64,000 nucleotides of DNA from Octopus sinensis (taxonomy: Eukaryota): assembly GCF_006345805.1 (NCBI RefSeq), contig NC_043015.1, positions 30,256,001 to 30,320,000 of the forward strand, in the 5' to 3' direction. A program made the translations under genes and the position numbers. The notes under the pieces were generated by a model. The model worked only from the letters and a program-made list of their open reading frames with translations, did no database searches and had not been told where the DNA came from. Positions 50,450-63,841 of the stretch are shown here, one piece after another (position 1 is the stretch's first letter; every line of letters starts with the position of its first letter).

Positions 50450-50855
50450 AGGTTATATGGGATGTTTAACCCAGAATTCTGCCTTGTTTTCAAACTGCAA
50501 GTTCAGCAAGCAAACCAAGGCAGATGGTTTGCAAGAAAAAGACATACGCATATACATGCAGACATACCCATAACTGCACAAACATTAGTCATCTACAAAC
50601 ACGTCAGAAATAATTCCACCACTGTCATCATAACTAATTAATGGATCTAGTCATCAGTCTTATTGTGTTGAGATTATCTCTAGAATCAATAAGCACTAAT
50701 ACCTCAGATAATCTCACCATCTTAAACCAATCACATAAACAGATGTGCTTTTGCATCCTGTTTATTTATCTATTTCTGTCTTGTTTTATATATGAACACA
50801 CACACACACATACATGCATACATTAGTAATGAACTAAAAGAATGAGTACTCAATA

Positions 50856-51372
50856 TCATCATCATCATCGTTTAACGTCCGCTTTCCATGCTAGCATGGG
50901 TTGGGCGATTTTGATTTCGGTGAGCTGGCAGAAATGTTAGCATGCCGGGCGAAATGCGTAGCCGTATTTCGTCTGCCGTTACATTCTGCGTTCAAATTCC
51001 GCCGAGGTCGACTTTGCCTTTCATCCTTTTGGGGTTGATAAACTAAGTACCAGTTATGCACTGGGGTCGATGTAATCGACTTAATCCGTTTGTTGTCCTT
51101 GTTTGTCCCCTCTGTGTTTAGCCCCTTGTGGGTAGTAAAGAAATAGATTTTGACTGAGGGCTGGCAAACCAGATGGCTGCACCAGGCTCCAATCTTGATT
51201 TGGCAGAATTTCTACAGCTGATGCCCTTCCTAACACCAACCACTCCGAGAGTGTAGTGGGTGCTTTTTATGTGCCACCGGCACGGGGGCCAGTCAGGCGG
51301 TACTGGCAACGACCTCTTTCGAATCTTTTTACACATGCCACCAGCACAGGTGCCAGTAAGGCGATGTTGGTA
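50856..51372 (-). mobile_element. Family D copy interrupted by a full SINE A (+, 50915-51145)
   Basis: 8-bp TSD gattttga at 50907-50914 and 51146-51153. Confidence 0.9.
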
Positions 51373-52180
51373 ACGATCACACATATATATATATTTGGGT
51401 TCTTTTTATTCTTACTTGTTACTTTGGAGGAAGGTGGTATTGCTCATGACCTTTACAGGCTGTCAGAGTGAACTGTTACATGTGTGTGTGTGTGTGTACG
51501 TGTTATGGTGCCAATAAAAAACACCCAGTAAACTCTGTGAAGTGGTTGGCATTAGGAAGGGCATCTAGCTGTAGAAACCATGCCAAAGCAGATATAGGGT
51601 CTCAGCACAGCCCTCTGGTGTCAGTTCCTGTTGACCTGTCCAACTTATACCAGTGTAAGGAAAGGGACATTAAATGATGATGATATATGTGATGATATAT
51701 GTGTGTGTGTCTGCACTTCCTTTTAGTGAAAACATTATTTGAAAAGAAATGTGAAGAGAAAATATCTAAACACTACCAAATTCTCGTGTTATTGAAATTC
51801 TCAGTTAAAATATTCAATTGAAACTGTCTATTATGGAAATTATAGAGCAGTTTAAAACCAAATAAAATAGTTCTATGAGGCACAGGGGAAGTGTAGTCGT
51901 GATGTTGCAAGAATGAATAGTTTCCCTTTTGGTTTGTTGAATGACGTATCAAAAGGAGATGTTAGCTCAACGAAGCTAAATAAGTGTCGGCAGTGTTAAT
52001 TTTTGACAACTTTGTTTTTTTCCTATAAAGTGTTTATCACATTAAATATTCTTAGTTTCTCCATGACAGAAATATCTTTAGTTTAGCAACACACTGAAGA
52101 GTATTTTTAAACTGTTTCCTATTGACTGTTTAAGCTAGGTTAGTTTGGTTTGGTTTAGTAAGTTTGCTAATGAGGGTAGT

Positions 52181-52547
52181 ACTTACTTGTACTTGTGGCG
52201 ACATTCACCCTGGGTGGTTTGAGTCGGCTTCTTCTACTCATGGAAGGAGTTTCGTGGGAATATGTGGATTTCACAAGCGGTCCCCAACAATCCCGCATGT
52301 AGAGACATCCTATTTGCCGCAGACGCAGGGACAGAACGACCGAGGAGCCGCCGGTTGCCGAAGCAGACACTCCAAGGATTTTCCTGAGAGCCCCGTCTGC
52401 CAGGTTGTGGCCCTAATACCACTCGGTGTCAGACCAATCCACCTTGGGTGGCCCTACCAGGAACCGAAGTTCCCGACAGCATAGCTCTGACACTACCCGT
52501 TGCCAGCGTCCCCACCATGGTGAGGAGGGGATGGACTTTGGGGACGC
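52181..52547 (-). mobile_element. 367-bp RTE-derived non-autonomous retroposon (RTE-type 5' UTR plus short 3' tail)
   Basis: 12-bp TSD aatgagggtagt (52169-52180, 52548-52559); tail acaagtacaagtaagt; 5' part gagctatgctgtcggg...cctggtagggccacccaagg resembles RTE 5' UTRs; CpG-rich. Confidence 0.8.
52436..52547 (-). ncRNA. Candidate HDV-like ribozyme fold
   Basis: P1 GCGTCCCC/GGGGACGC starting at the element's first base; P2 AGTCCATC/GGTGGATT; L3-like TCCTCAC; GG after P1; P4 with a cUUCGg hairpin; J4/2 CCAA; P3 imperfect. Confidence 0.4.
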
Positions 52548-54036
52548 AATGAGGGTAGTGCTAAGAAATTTCATCATTATTATTAGTGTTCAATATATAT
52601 TTTCATATTGGCACAGGTTTTGCAGCTGATGTTTCTTCTTTGCTCTGTGACTTTAAACATGCTTAACTACAAACTCCGAGTCTTATTAAATCAAATACAG
52701 TTTTTGTTGTCTTTTGCTTCTTAGGCAAGAAACATCATTTGATTTAGTTACTGAGCTGAAAACTAGATGCTATCAATTATAGTTCATAATTGAGTGATTA
52801 GTATATACAAGTTGCATCCAACCATAAAAAACACTTTTGACAATAATTCATATACATATATCTGATGTGTGTCCATAATTCATATACAAATATCTGATGT
52901 GTGTCATGTGTGTAGCTCTGTACCTGTAGAAATAAAACAAAAAATGTAAAGAAAACAAAACCTTTTAATGACCCTATTTTTGTAATTCAGCTCTCATTTG
53001 TAGTGGCTCCTTTTATTCAGTTTTCTTTTGAATCTACTCTATTCTAATTAGCACTGATCTGTGAACATTTGTTTGCTTGGTTTGCATATATTTCCAGTAT
53101 ATAGTTAAGTATCTTAGTCCTTTCCTTTTGTTTCCAAATACCGAGTAAAGGTTTTATTGGAAATAGAACACGATTTCTTTCTCTCTCTCTCTCTCTTTAA
53201 TTTTTCTTTCTTTCCCTTCTTTTCCCCTTTGTCTCTCCTTCTTTCTTTCATTCTTCTTTAGTCCTTCCTTCCTTTGTCTGTACTTCTTTGTTTCTTTTTT
53301 TTGCTGGGGAGGGGCGTCATAATTGGAGAGAGACATAATTTTAGGAATGGAGTGAAAAATGAAAGAAGTTCAAGCATTTTCAAACCATACCAGTTGAGGC
53401 CCCCTCAGTTTTTCAGTTAGAAACCTATCTATTTTTAAAGTGTCCATATTCAAATTAAAAGCCATCAATCATAATTTTATTAAAGAACCTATTGTTAAGT
53501 TGTGGTCCAAACACCAGCTTAAATACATTAGTTGACACATACATAAAAGAAGCTGCATATTTTGTGAAACTCCTTCAAAATATTGACTGTTTTCAAGATT
53601 AATTTGATTTTAGATGTTTTCAATTTAAGTATAGTCACTAAAAGGCTAAAGAAACGATGACCTGCTTTTAACACAATAAAACAGGTTGCCTGCTTGCACG
53701 AGGGCAGGATGTGAAATATGGGAGTGAGAGAGCTTAGGGTAACTGTTGAAGAATTAATATTCCTTGTTCAATCATTTACATTTACAACTCTAACTTACCT
53801 TACCCACCTTAATTGTAAGCTTTATAAACAGATACAATTGTAACCAGTATAGGGTGCGTGCATAATGCAATTGCTGAACGCTTTGTACTGAGTGTTAATG
53901 CACTGAGTAAGAATATCCTGCCATTGTATGATATCTAGGGCAGCAGATGTATTTCAACATTTTAATGTCAGGATAAAAAAACAAAGCAGAAAAACTTAAA
54001 ATGCTGGGGTATGCTTCAGCGCACAACACTTTAGAG

Positions 54037-54472
54037 CACCGGGTTTTCAACCAGGGTCCACATAAGATTTTGCTGTTCAAATTTATCTGCAATAAATTGG
54101 TTATACTGGTTGTGTGGTAAGAAGCTTGCTTCCCAATCATGCAGTCCTAGGTTCAGTCCCACTGTGTGGGACCTTGAGCAAGTCTCTTCTACTATAACCT
54201 CCCTTCTAAGTGGTGCATGGCCACAGTCAAATGACTGAAACAAGTAAAAGAATAAAAAACTAATATACAAAATATTTCAACAGTTTTTAAAAAATCCAAT
54301 TCCTAATATTTAACAACACACGAACTCATATAAAGAATCTTGCAAACCAAATCCAAAAATGAAATCCTAATATTTAATTAGAACATTGAATGTTTATAAG
54401 GGTCCAGTAGTATCCAGTAGAGTAAAATAGAAAGAAAGGAATCTATAGGCAAAAAATGGTTGAGAGCCTTTG
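54037..54472. mobile_element. hAT-type MITE with a nested old B-like fragment
   Basis: Perfect 8-bp TSD CTTTAGAG (54029-54036, 54473-54480); degenerate TIRs; same family as 9267-9598. Confidence 0.85.
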
Positions 54473-54488
54473 CTTTAGAGTAACAATA

Positions 54489-54900
54489 GGTGCAGGAGTG
54501 GCTGTGTGGTAAGTAGCTTGCTTACGAACCACATGGTTCTGGGTTCAGTCCCACTGCGTGGAACCTTGGGTAAGTGTCTTCTACTATAGCCTCGGGCCGA
54601 CCAAGGCCTTGTGAGTGGATTTGGTAGACGGAAACTGAAAGAAGCCCATCGTATATATGTAGATATATATGTGTGTGCGTGTATGTTTGTGTGTCTGTGT
54701 TTGTCCCCCCTAGCATTGCTTGACAACCGATGCTGGTGTGTTTATGTCCCCACCACTTAGTGGTTCGGCAAAAAGAGACCAATAGAATAAGTACTGGGCT
54801 TACAAAAGAATAAGTACCGGGGTCGAGTTGCTCGATTAAAGGCGGTGCTCCAGCATGGCCACAGTCAAATGACTGAAACAAGTAAAAAAGAGTAAAAAGA
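54489..54900 (+). mobile_element. SINE family B
   Basis: Full-length match. Confidence 0.9.
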
Positions 54901-55335
54901 TCAATAAAGGAGTTTTCATGCTTTCATTTAACCCATCAGAAATAACAGCAAAATCTCCTTCAAATTATACCCTACTGACTTATAAAAGGACAAACACATT
55001 TGATAATGCAATCCTAGACAGATACATAACACCTGAACAAAACACCAGATAACCATGGTTAAAATATTGTTTGACCATGTCTGCTGGACTGGGGATGACC
55101 TGGGTGTAAACAACAAGGGCTATGCACAAATGGGTAGATAAAAGGGGTGCAGTGGATTGGAGGAGGAAAAGTTGAGAAATAGATTAATCATAATTGAAAC
55201 AGTTGTGTGAGGTAGACATAGGTAAACTGGTACAGTCATGTAATATATATGGATGATCCATGATGGATGGATGGAGGAAGTTGCTTCAGCAAGTGACAGA
55301 TGGTCACAAAGGTAAGGATGAAGTTATGGAAGACT

Positions 55336-55701
55336 TGCTGCTGCTTCTGTTGAGCGGTCCAGTCCGAGCCATCCAAAACGTGGTCCTTTGCTATTCGTAA
55401 GACCCGCAGAAGAGAAAACAGGTCAATCCCCGACACTGAGAGCATCGACGGATGGATGAATGAATGCACATCCAGGCTCAGTGGTTGTGTAGGAAGTCGG
55501 GGGACAAGAAACAGGAAGAAAGAGTGAGAGAAAGTTGGAGCAAAAGAGTAAAACAGGGGTCGCCACCACCCCCTGCCAAAGCCTCATGAAGCTTTGGGTG
55601 TTTTCGCTCAATAAACACATATAACGCCCGGTCTGGAAATCAAAACCGCGATCTTCCAACCACGAGTCCTCTGCCCTAACCACTGGGCCATTGCGCCTCC
55701 A
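55336..55701 (-). mobile_element. SINE family C, tail type 3 variant
   Basis: C head at 55701; tail shared with 36978-37377; ends in (CAG)n-like repeats. Confidence 0.85.
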
Positions 55702-56004
55702 CTGCTGCTGCTGTTGTTGTTGTTGGTGGTGATGGTGGTGGAAACAATAGATCAGGTCTTAGAATTTTAGTCATCACAGAGATATGATAATGCTGATGAT
55801 GACATTGATGAGGGTCATCAAATGAAAGATTACTCACACACACACACACCAAAATAGATTATAAAACAACAAAAGCTTAAGTGAATGGTTACTGTATGAG
55901 ATCAAAGAAGTAATTATATATTTCATAGTCAGATTTGATGGATGATTTCATGTTGTAGATCATTGATTGAATGCTGAAGACTTGCTGCATGGAAACATAG
56001 ACTT

Positions 56005-56330
56005 GAAACTCATGACAGTGACGACGACGATGATGATGATGATGATGACGACGACGACGATGATGATGATGACGATGATGACGACGATAATGGTGGTGGT
56101 GGTGGTGGTGGTGGTGGTGATGATGATGACAATGATGACGATAATGATGGTGGTAGTGGTGGTGGTGTTGATGATGATGATGATAATGGTGGTGGTGGTG
56201 GTGGTGGTGGTGGTGATGATGACGACGACGATGACGATAATGATGGTGGTAGTGGTGGTGGTGTTGATGATGATGATGATAATGGTGGTGGTGGTGGTGA
56301 CAATGACACCATAACTATGATGTTATGATA
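56005..56330. repeat. (GAT/GAC/GGT)n trinucleotide region with an internal duplication
   Basis: gacgataatgatggtggtagtggtggtggtgttgatgatgatgatgataatggtgg occurs twice. Confidence 0.85.
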
Positions 56331-56536
56331 AAGATGACAGCAGCAGCTGTGAAAGTGGGAAGTGGGGGCAGGGGTCAGTAACTCTCCTGTTGTTACTGTG
56401 TTTGTTGTTGTTGTTGTTGTTGTTGGGGTGGGATGGGTGATGATGATGATGATGACGGTGGTTGTGATGGTTTATGTTTGGCATCTTGCAATATATAATT
56501 TAAATTTTTTTCCTTCTGGTAGTCTCAAATTTCATT

Positions 56537-56576
<40 letters not shown>

Positions 56577-57580
56577 CCTCCCTTTCTCTCTCTCTCTCTC
56601 TTTCTCCCTCCATCTCCTTCCTCTCTCTTTTTAATACTAAAAGGGAACGGCATAGCTATGAACAGCCCTGAAACTGTATTAGAATAAATGAGTTAACAAG
56701 ATAGCAGAAAGTGTCAACGGGGGTTATTCACCCTGCTAGAAATAGCAACTAAATTCCCCTAAAATTACACCCTACTGTCTTAAAGGAAGAAGGAGACATT
56801 AGATAATTTAGCCATAGATATACTGTGGCTAAATAAAAATTGGATTGGATTGTCACAGTTGAAGTGGTTTTGTCTATAGACCTTCTTGATCATGTTTGGT
56901 AAGGAGCAACACAACAATTATTATATTAGAAGCTAAAATAGAGAGTAAAATAGTTTCTGAATTTAAATCCTGTATGTTATAAGAAGTTTGCTTCCCAACC
57001 ACAAGGTTCTGGGTTGAGTCCCACTGCATGACACCTTAGACAAATGTCTCCTACAATGGTCCCGAAATGACCAATGCCTTGAGAGTGGATTTGGTTGAAG
57101 AAAACTGAAAAAAAGCATATCATACATACATACATACATGATGGCCGTCCACTCATGACTGAGGAAGACCATTGCCGACCTTCAAGAACATTGTGCGCTC
57201 TAGGACTAACTTATATTTTGCATTTGCGGCTCCGTTGGTGGCTAATGAGCCCTGCTCTTGACAGGCATACACGACTGCAAACATTGCAGACCAAGCTTTC
57301 CCCACTCACTATGCATACATACATACATACATACATATAAGTGTGTGTGTGTGCCTTTGTGTTTGACCCCACGACTAACTGGGACCCATAGGAAAAAAAT
57401 GGTTGAAAACAGATAAGCAAAGAAGTTTTTATGCTTTCATTTAACCCATTAGAAATAACAGCAAAATCCCATCCTACTGTCTTACAGAAGGACAGACACA
57501 TTGGTGTTGGTTTGTTTAATATACCCATAACTTAGCTGTTTGGCAAAAGAGACTGATAGAATAAGCCCTGGGGACGATCC

Positions 57581-57805
57581 TATTTCTTTACTACTCACAA
57601 GGAGTTAAACACAGAGGGAACAAACAAGGACAGACAAGGGGATTAAGTCGATTATATCGACCCCAGTGCGTAACTGGTACTTATTTAATCGACCCCGAAA
57701 GGATGAAAGGCAAAGTCGATCTTGGCAGAATTTGAACTCAGAACATCACAGCAGATGAAATACCGCTAAGCATTTCGCCCGGCGTGCTAACGATTCTGCC
57801 AGCTT
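57581..57805 (-). mobile_element. SINE family A nested in an older B-like copy
   Basis: 9-bp TSD ggacgatcc at 57572-57580 and 57806-57814. Confidence 0.9.
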
Positions 57806-57941
57806 GGACGATCCGTTTGACTAAACCCTTCAAAGTAGTGCCCCAGCATGACCACAGTCTAATGATTGTAATTTAACATTTGAAGCTAATTTCAAAATTA
57901 GAAATTGGGTCGAATAAAGTGAAGAAGTATAAAACAGACAT

Positions 57942-58350
57942 AGACGTGGCTGTGTGGTAAGTAGCTTGCTTAGTAACCACATGGTTCCGGGTTCAGTCCC
58001 ACTGCGTGGCATCTTGGGCAAGTGTCTTCTGCTATAACCCCGGGCTGACCAATGCCTTGTGAGTGGATTTGGTAGACGGAAACTGAAAGAAGCCTGTCGT
58101 ATATATGTATATATATATATGTATGTGTGTGTGTTTGTGTGTCTGTGTTTGTTCCCCTAGCATTGCTTGACAACCGATGCTGGTGTGTTTATGTCCCCGT
58201 CACTTAGCGGTTCGGCAAAAAGAGACCGATAGAATAAGTACTGGGCTTACAAAAAGAATAAGTCCCGGGGTCGATTTGCCCGACTAAAGGCGGTGCTCCA
58301 GCATGGCCGCAGTCAAATGACTGAAACAAGTAAAAGAGTAAGAGTAAAAG
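57942..58350 (+). mobile_element. SINE family B
   Basis: Near full-length match. Confidence 0.9.
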
Positions 58351-58995
58351 AATATAGATAAAACAAAAATATAAACGAGGGATGAAGCAAACGGTCTGAA
58401 AAATTTGAAATAATCATCACAATTAATAATCTCAGATATATTATTGTAATATTAAGTTCCCATGGCTGATGATGAAGGTCAACTTAGTCTTTTTATCCTT
58501 GTAGCCGTGGGATGGTGAAGATTGACAGAAATATATGCTACTGGGGTACAACAATTTAGGCTGGTGGAGTGGTTGGTGGCCATTCCTAGTTTGGCAGCTG
58601 ATGAAATATAAATTAATTCAGTTGTCTCTCATAACACTGCAATTACTGTGAAAGTGAATCTTGCATTTATAATGTCCCGCTTCTATTTTGAGTGCTAATA
58701 ATCCTATCCAACTTTGAGACTCTCCCACCATTGCTTCAGTCAGAAGTATTTTGTTGTCGTTACATGGGACCATCCAAGTCACATACATATACATCATTTA
58801 AAACAGTTTGATCGGGATCTATGCGACTTAAAGTTTTGTAGGCTTCCAACAGAAGCTCATCTCTTTAGGCTTAGAATAACCTGTTTTAGAAAATAGATGT
58901 AACTCATGCTAAATGCGTTGAGTGCCTTTTTATATCAATTGTCCATTCATTCGTATATGTATTTATATGTGTGTGTGTGTGTATATATATATATG

Positions 58996-59296
58996 TGGAG
59001 GCACAATGGCCCAGTGGTTAGGGCAGCGAACTCGCGGTCGTAGGATCGCGGTTTCGATTCCCAGACCGGGCGTTGTGAGTGTTTATTGAGTGAAAACACC
59101 TAAAAGCTCCACGAGGCTCCGGCAGGGGGTGGTGATCCCTGCTGTACTCTTTTACCACTCTTTCTCTCACTCTTCTGTTGGCCTGCTCGCTTAGCCAGCA
59201 GGGTGGCGTCATTCGAAGGCTAAAACAATGCGAACGCATTGTGACCAGCGATGTGTAGCAACATCTGATAGCCTGGTCGGTCACGTGATCACGTGA
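58996..59296 (+). mobile_element. SINE family C, tail type 4
   Basis: C head and core, then a distinct tail ending ggtcacgtgatcacgtga at (TA)n. Confidence 0.85.
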
Positions 59297-59489
59297 TATA
59301 TATATATATATATAAGAGGAAAAAATATAATATAAGATAAGAGGAAAAAATCTATCAGAAAGTAACTCTATCTCTCTTAAAAAAACATCTTTTGATAAGC
59401 ATAACAAATGCGCAACCGGTAAAAAGAACTTTCACCTAATTAAATTACTTAAATTACTTAAATTATTTTGTCAGCATTTTCTTCATTTC

Positions 59490-59542
<53 letters not shown>

Positions 59543-60099
59543 TTGTATATGTATGTCTATATGAATGTACTTGGATATGTATGTGTATATATATATATGA
59601 GTGTACACTCACACACACACACACATACACACAAACACACACGATATAACATTATTTCAGTGGAAAATAAGGGTTGGATTTAGGAAGAGCATTTTCTTAT
59701 AGAAGCTACTATGCCTATATGCAGGAAAGAAACACCAAATACATCCAACCACTATAAATTTCACTTCAATTTACACAGGTTGAAAGCAGCCAAATTGGAC
59801 TGACAAAAAAATTCATAAAGTAATTCTGATAGTTCTAATTTGATCAATTTCTGGATTAGTTTATTAAACTAATCCAGAAATTGATTAGTCTTGGTGTGTT
59901 TATGTGCCCATAACCTAGCGGTTTGGCAAAAGTGACTGATAGAATAAGTACCAGGCTTTAAAAAAATGTCTTGGAGTCAATTTCTTCGACTAAAAACCCT
60001 TCAAGTAAGTACCCCAGCAAGGCAACAATCATATGACTGAAACAAGTAAAAGATAAAAAATAATGTATATTGTTTTTGAAAACTTTTTTCTCTTTTTAT

Positions 60100-60337
60100 C
60101 TCTTTTTATTTCTCTTTTTACTCGTTTCAGTCATTTTGACTGTGGCCATGCTGGAGCACTGCCTTTAGTCGAGCAACTCGACCCCGGGACTTATTCTTTG
60201 TAAGCCCAGTACTTATTCTATCGGTCTCTTTTGCCGAACCACTAAGTAACGGGAACATAAACACACCAGCATCGGTTGTCAAGCAATGCTAGGGGACAAA
60301 CACAGACACACAAACACATACATATATATACATATAT

Positions 60338-60373
<36 letters not shown>

Positions 60374-60533
60374 CGACAGGCTTCTTTCAGTTTCCATTTA
60401 CCAAATCCACTCACAAGGCTTTGGTCGGCCCGAGGCTATAGTAGAAGACACTTGCCCAAGGTGCCATGCAGTGGGACTGAAGCCGGAACCATGTGGTTGG
60501 TAAACAAGCTACTTACCACACAGCCACTCCTGT
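60100..60533 (-). mobile_element. SINE family B
   Basis: Full-length reverse-complement copy. Confidence 0.9.
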
Positions 60534-61714
60534 GCTTATCTTTGAGAACGACTTAAGTCAAAACACCTTACACTGAGGTATCCCTGTATATATTAAACTT
60601 GGGCAAACAGAGTGACAGTCGTGACTACAAAGTTTCAGCCTGGTAGAATTTCATTAGATTTCTCTAGCTTTGGATTGCCCGAGAGGTTGTCAATGAAAAC
60701 TGCATGGGGGCCTGTCATTGTATGTTTGTCTGTATGTGCATGTATGTGTGTGTTTGTGTATCTTTGCATTTGCTGATTCAGCTTATGCGTTCTTCTTGAG
60801 TTGATAAGAGTAAGTATCACACACTCCATCCAGTAAGACCTTGGCCACACTGGCTGAAGTAAAGAACTAATATTATCGCAAGTGACTCAGTCAGTAATAT
60901 CTCTTTATCTTCCCTCCTTGTCTTGGCCTTATGCCTCCAGATGAGAAATCAATGTGTACGCACACGCGTGTGCATGTGAGTGAGTATGCCTCTATGCGTG
61001 TGTGTGAGTATGTGTGTGTGTGTGTGTGTGTGATTATAATGAGTGAGTGTTAATAAGTTAATATAGAATGTTGTTGCAGATTCATGGAGAAATTTTCCAT
61101 TAGTCTGCAACAGGTGCCATAATAAAGTTATTGTTTATCAAAGCAGGCAATTTGCCAGAGAACTGGCAGGTTAACTGAAGCTTACGCAGCCTGCCTTCGT
61201 AATTGGGTTGCATTGATTGGAAAACCAAGATGTTTTATGAACAATATTATTAAAATATTGTCTTCCTTTTCTAATTAACTTACTGAGGAAGCAGCACTAA
61301 TCAACTTAATTATATGTTTCACCTCTCAGATGAAAAGTGAGGTTTTTGTATCTTATCATTGCTGTTGTTCTGTGTTCTGTAATGAACAGAAAGCCAAGAA
61401 ATCCTGTCCTGTTTAAGTACAACTGATGTTGTTATTGCTTAATCCAAAATCTGCCCAGATTACAGACACACACACACACACACAGACACACACACACACA
61501 TACACATATATTTTCATATTTATACAAATGCATACACATACACACATACACTTATACATCATATGGCTGTATGGTTGAGAAGTTTGCTTTGGAACCTTGT
61601 GGCCAGAGGCTCTATCACACTGCATGAATGTTGCTGGATAATGTTCTATAATACAACCATAAGTTGACCAGTACCTTGTAAGTGAAATGAGCTGACAGAC
61701 ACTGAAGAAGATTG

Positions 61715-61752
<38 letters not shown>

Positions 61753-61777
61753 CTATGCATTTATATATATATGTGTG

Positions 61778-61965
61778 TGCCGGTGGCACTTAAAAAACAC
61801 CCACTACACTCACGGAGTGGTTGGCGTTAGGAAAGGCATCCAGCTGTAGAAACACTGCCAGATCAGACTGGGTCTGGTGCAGCCTCCTTGGCTTCCCAGA
61901 CACCATTTGAACTGTTCAACCCATGCTAGCATGGAAAGCCAACGTTAAACGATGATGATGATGAT
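61778..61965 (+). mobile_element. Family D (RTE 3' end)
   Basis: Standard 3' terminus and (GAT)n. Confidence 0.85.
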
Positions 61966-61976
61966 ATACATGCATG

Positions 61977-62034
<58 letters not shown>

Positions 62035-63171
62035 GTGTGTACTTGTGTTTGTGTTGATTGATTTTGTATTTTCTTCATGGCTTACCTGTGTTCATTGACC
62101 ATAAACTAAACAACAGCTTCACAATCAAATATGCCTGCAGTCATCTATGTAAGCATGTCTCGGCTTTTTGAAATGTTTTAACATGTTGAGCAATCTTTGG
62201 AAACAAAAAGGCGTGTATCTATGTAACTATGTCCAGGTTGTTTGTTGGTCAGTAGCCTAGGAGATTGTTACCTTGCTAGGGAAGCAGATGAAGGTTGGCA
62301 ACAGGGAGAGCATCCAGCCGTAGAAAATCTGCCTCAGTGAATTGCATCTGATCTATGCAAGTATGGAAAAGTGGATGATAGAACAACAGCATTGCACACA
62401 CACACACACACACACACATATCATCATCATCATTTAATGTCTGTTTTCTATGCTGACATGGGTTGGATGGTTTGACATGGAGCTGGCCATCTGGGAGCTG
62501 TCCAGGCTCCAGTTGTCTGTTGTGGAATGGTTTCTATGGCTGCATGCCCTTCCTAATGCCAACCACTTAACAGAGTGTACTAGGTACTTTTTACATGACC
62601 CCGGCACACACACACACACACACACAAACACAAAATGTGGGAGTTTAGTTCACAGGTGATCTAAACGACTAGGTACGCTAGGTAAGTACTGCAACGGATT
62701 ACTAGGGCTCCAAGGTTATTTTTCAAAGTCGTTCTCAAGCATGGTCGCACCTCAGTAACTGAAACAAGTAAAAGATAGAAGAAAAGCAGAAGAACATATT
62801 GAAAAATAGGTTTCTACATATCCAGTTCTGGAAACCAGACATGGAGGTCTCTGGTGGATTGCTTGTGATCTTAGATTTGCTCAGTCTGCCTGCTCTGGGG
62901 CTAAACATGTCTCTCAACAGTGAAAAATGTAATAATGGAACTTATACAGATTTGGGCTACACTGAATTTTTGATACCTTATTACATCAGTCAGTAGTACA
63001 GATTAATTTATTAATGTACAGTGAAATGAGACTTTCAAGTATCTATCCAGCATTTGGCCAAGTCCATTTTGTAATTTTTTATCAAGCATTTGGGCCAGAT
63101 TCTCTTACCAGTCTCACAAAGCCTGGAAGCAGTCATCAGTGTTACTCTTACTTCTTTGACAATGCAATTCA

Positions 63172-63445
63172 TCATCATCATTCAATGTCCATTTAACATG
63201 CTGGCATAGGTTGGATGGTTTGACCAGAGCTGGTAAGCCAGAGGACGCACCAGACTTCCTTGTCTGTTCTGGCATGGTTTCTATAGCTGGATGCCCTTTC
63301 TAATGCCAACCACTCCACAGAGTGTACTGGGTGCATTTTACGTGGCACCAGTGCTTATAACATAGCACCAACACGAGTGCTTTTTATGTGATGCCAGTAT
63401 CTGTATCAATTCTGCTGTGGCGGACAGGTCTTCTTGAGTACAACA
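63172..63445 (-). mobile_element. Family D, diverged
   Basis: (CAT)n...ggatgccctttctaatgccaaccactcc. Confidence 0.7.
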
Positions 63446-63841
63446 AGGTACCAGAGAATGACCAAAGGTGATCTAGAGTTAAACAGCAACAAACAACTAC
63501 AGGATCGGTGCTTTTTCTTATCAATGGCTTGCAAGACTAATAAGCAAATCTGTTGAATGTTGTTGAAACCATCTCTTTTACCTTGAACATATTCTGCTTA
63601 CGTACAGCTCAGCTTATCCTGATTAGCCAAGGTCAATGGATAATCTCACTCAGTCAACATCTGATAACAGCTAATTTACCTCTGGCTCAAACTTTATGTT
63701 GTAATTCTTTTCCACATGTACTGCATTCAGTTTCTGTCCGAACATTTTAGTAATCTGATTTTTTTTTACCTTTTCTGTTACTATCGTTAACCCATATATG
63801 CCCATAAAAAAAATGAAGTCTTAAAATTTCACTGTATTTAG

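Noticed and set aside
62655-62686. Perfect donor CTAG|GTAAGT after a 26-nt AG-bounded segment
   Set aside because: Stops occur in all three frames, and it lies within a decayed SINE B-like tail.
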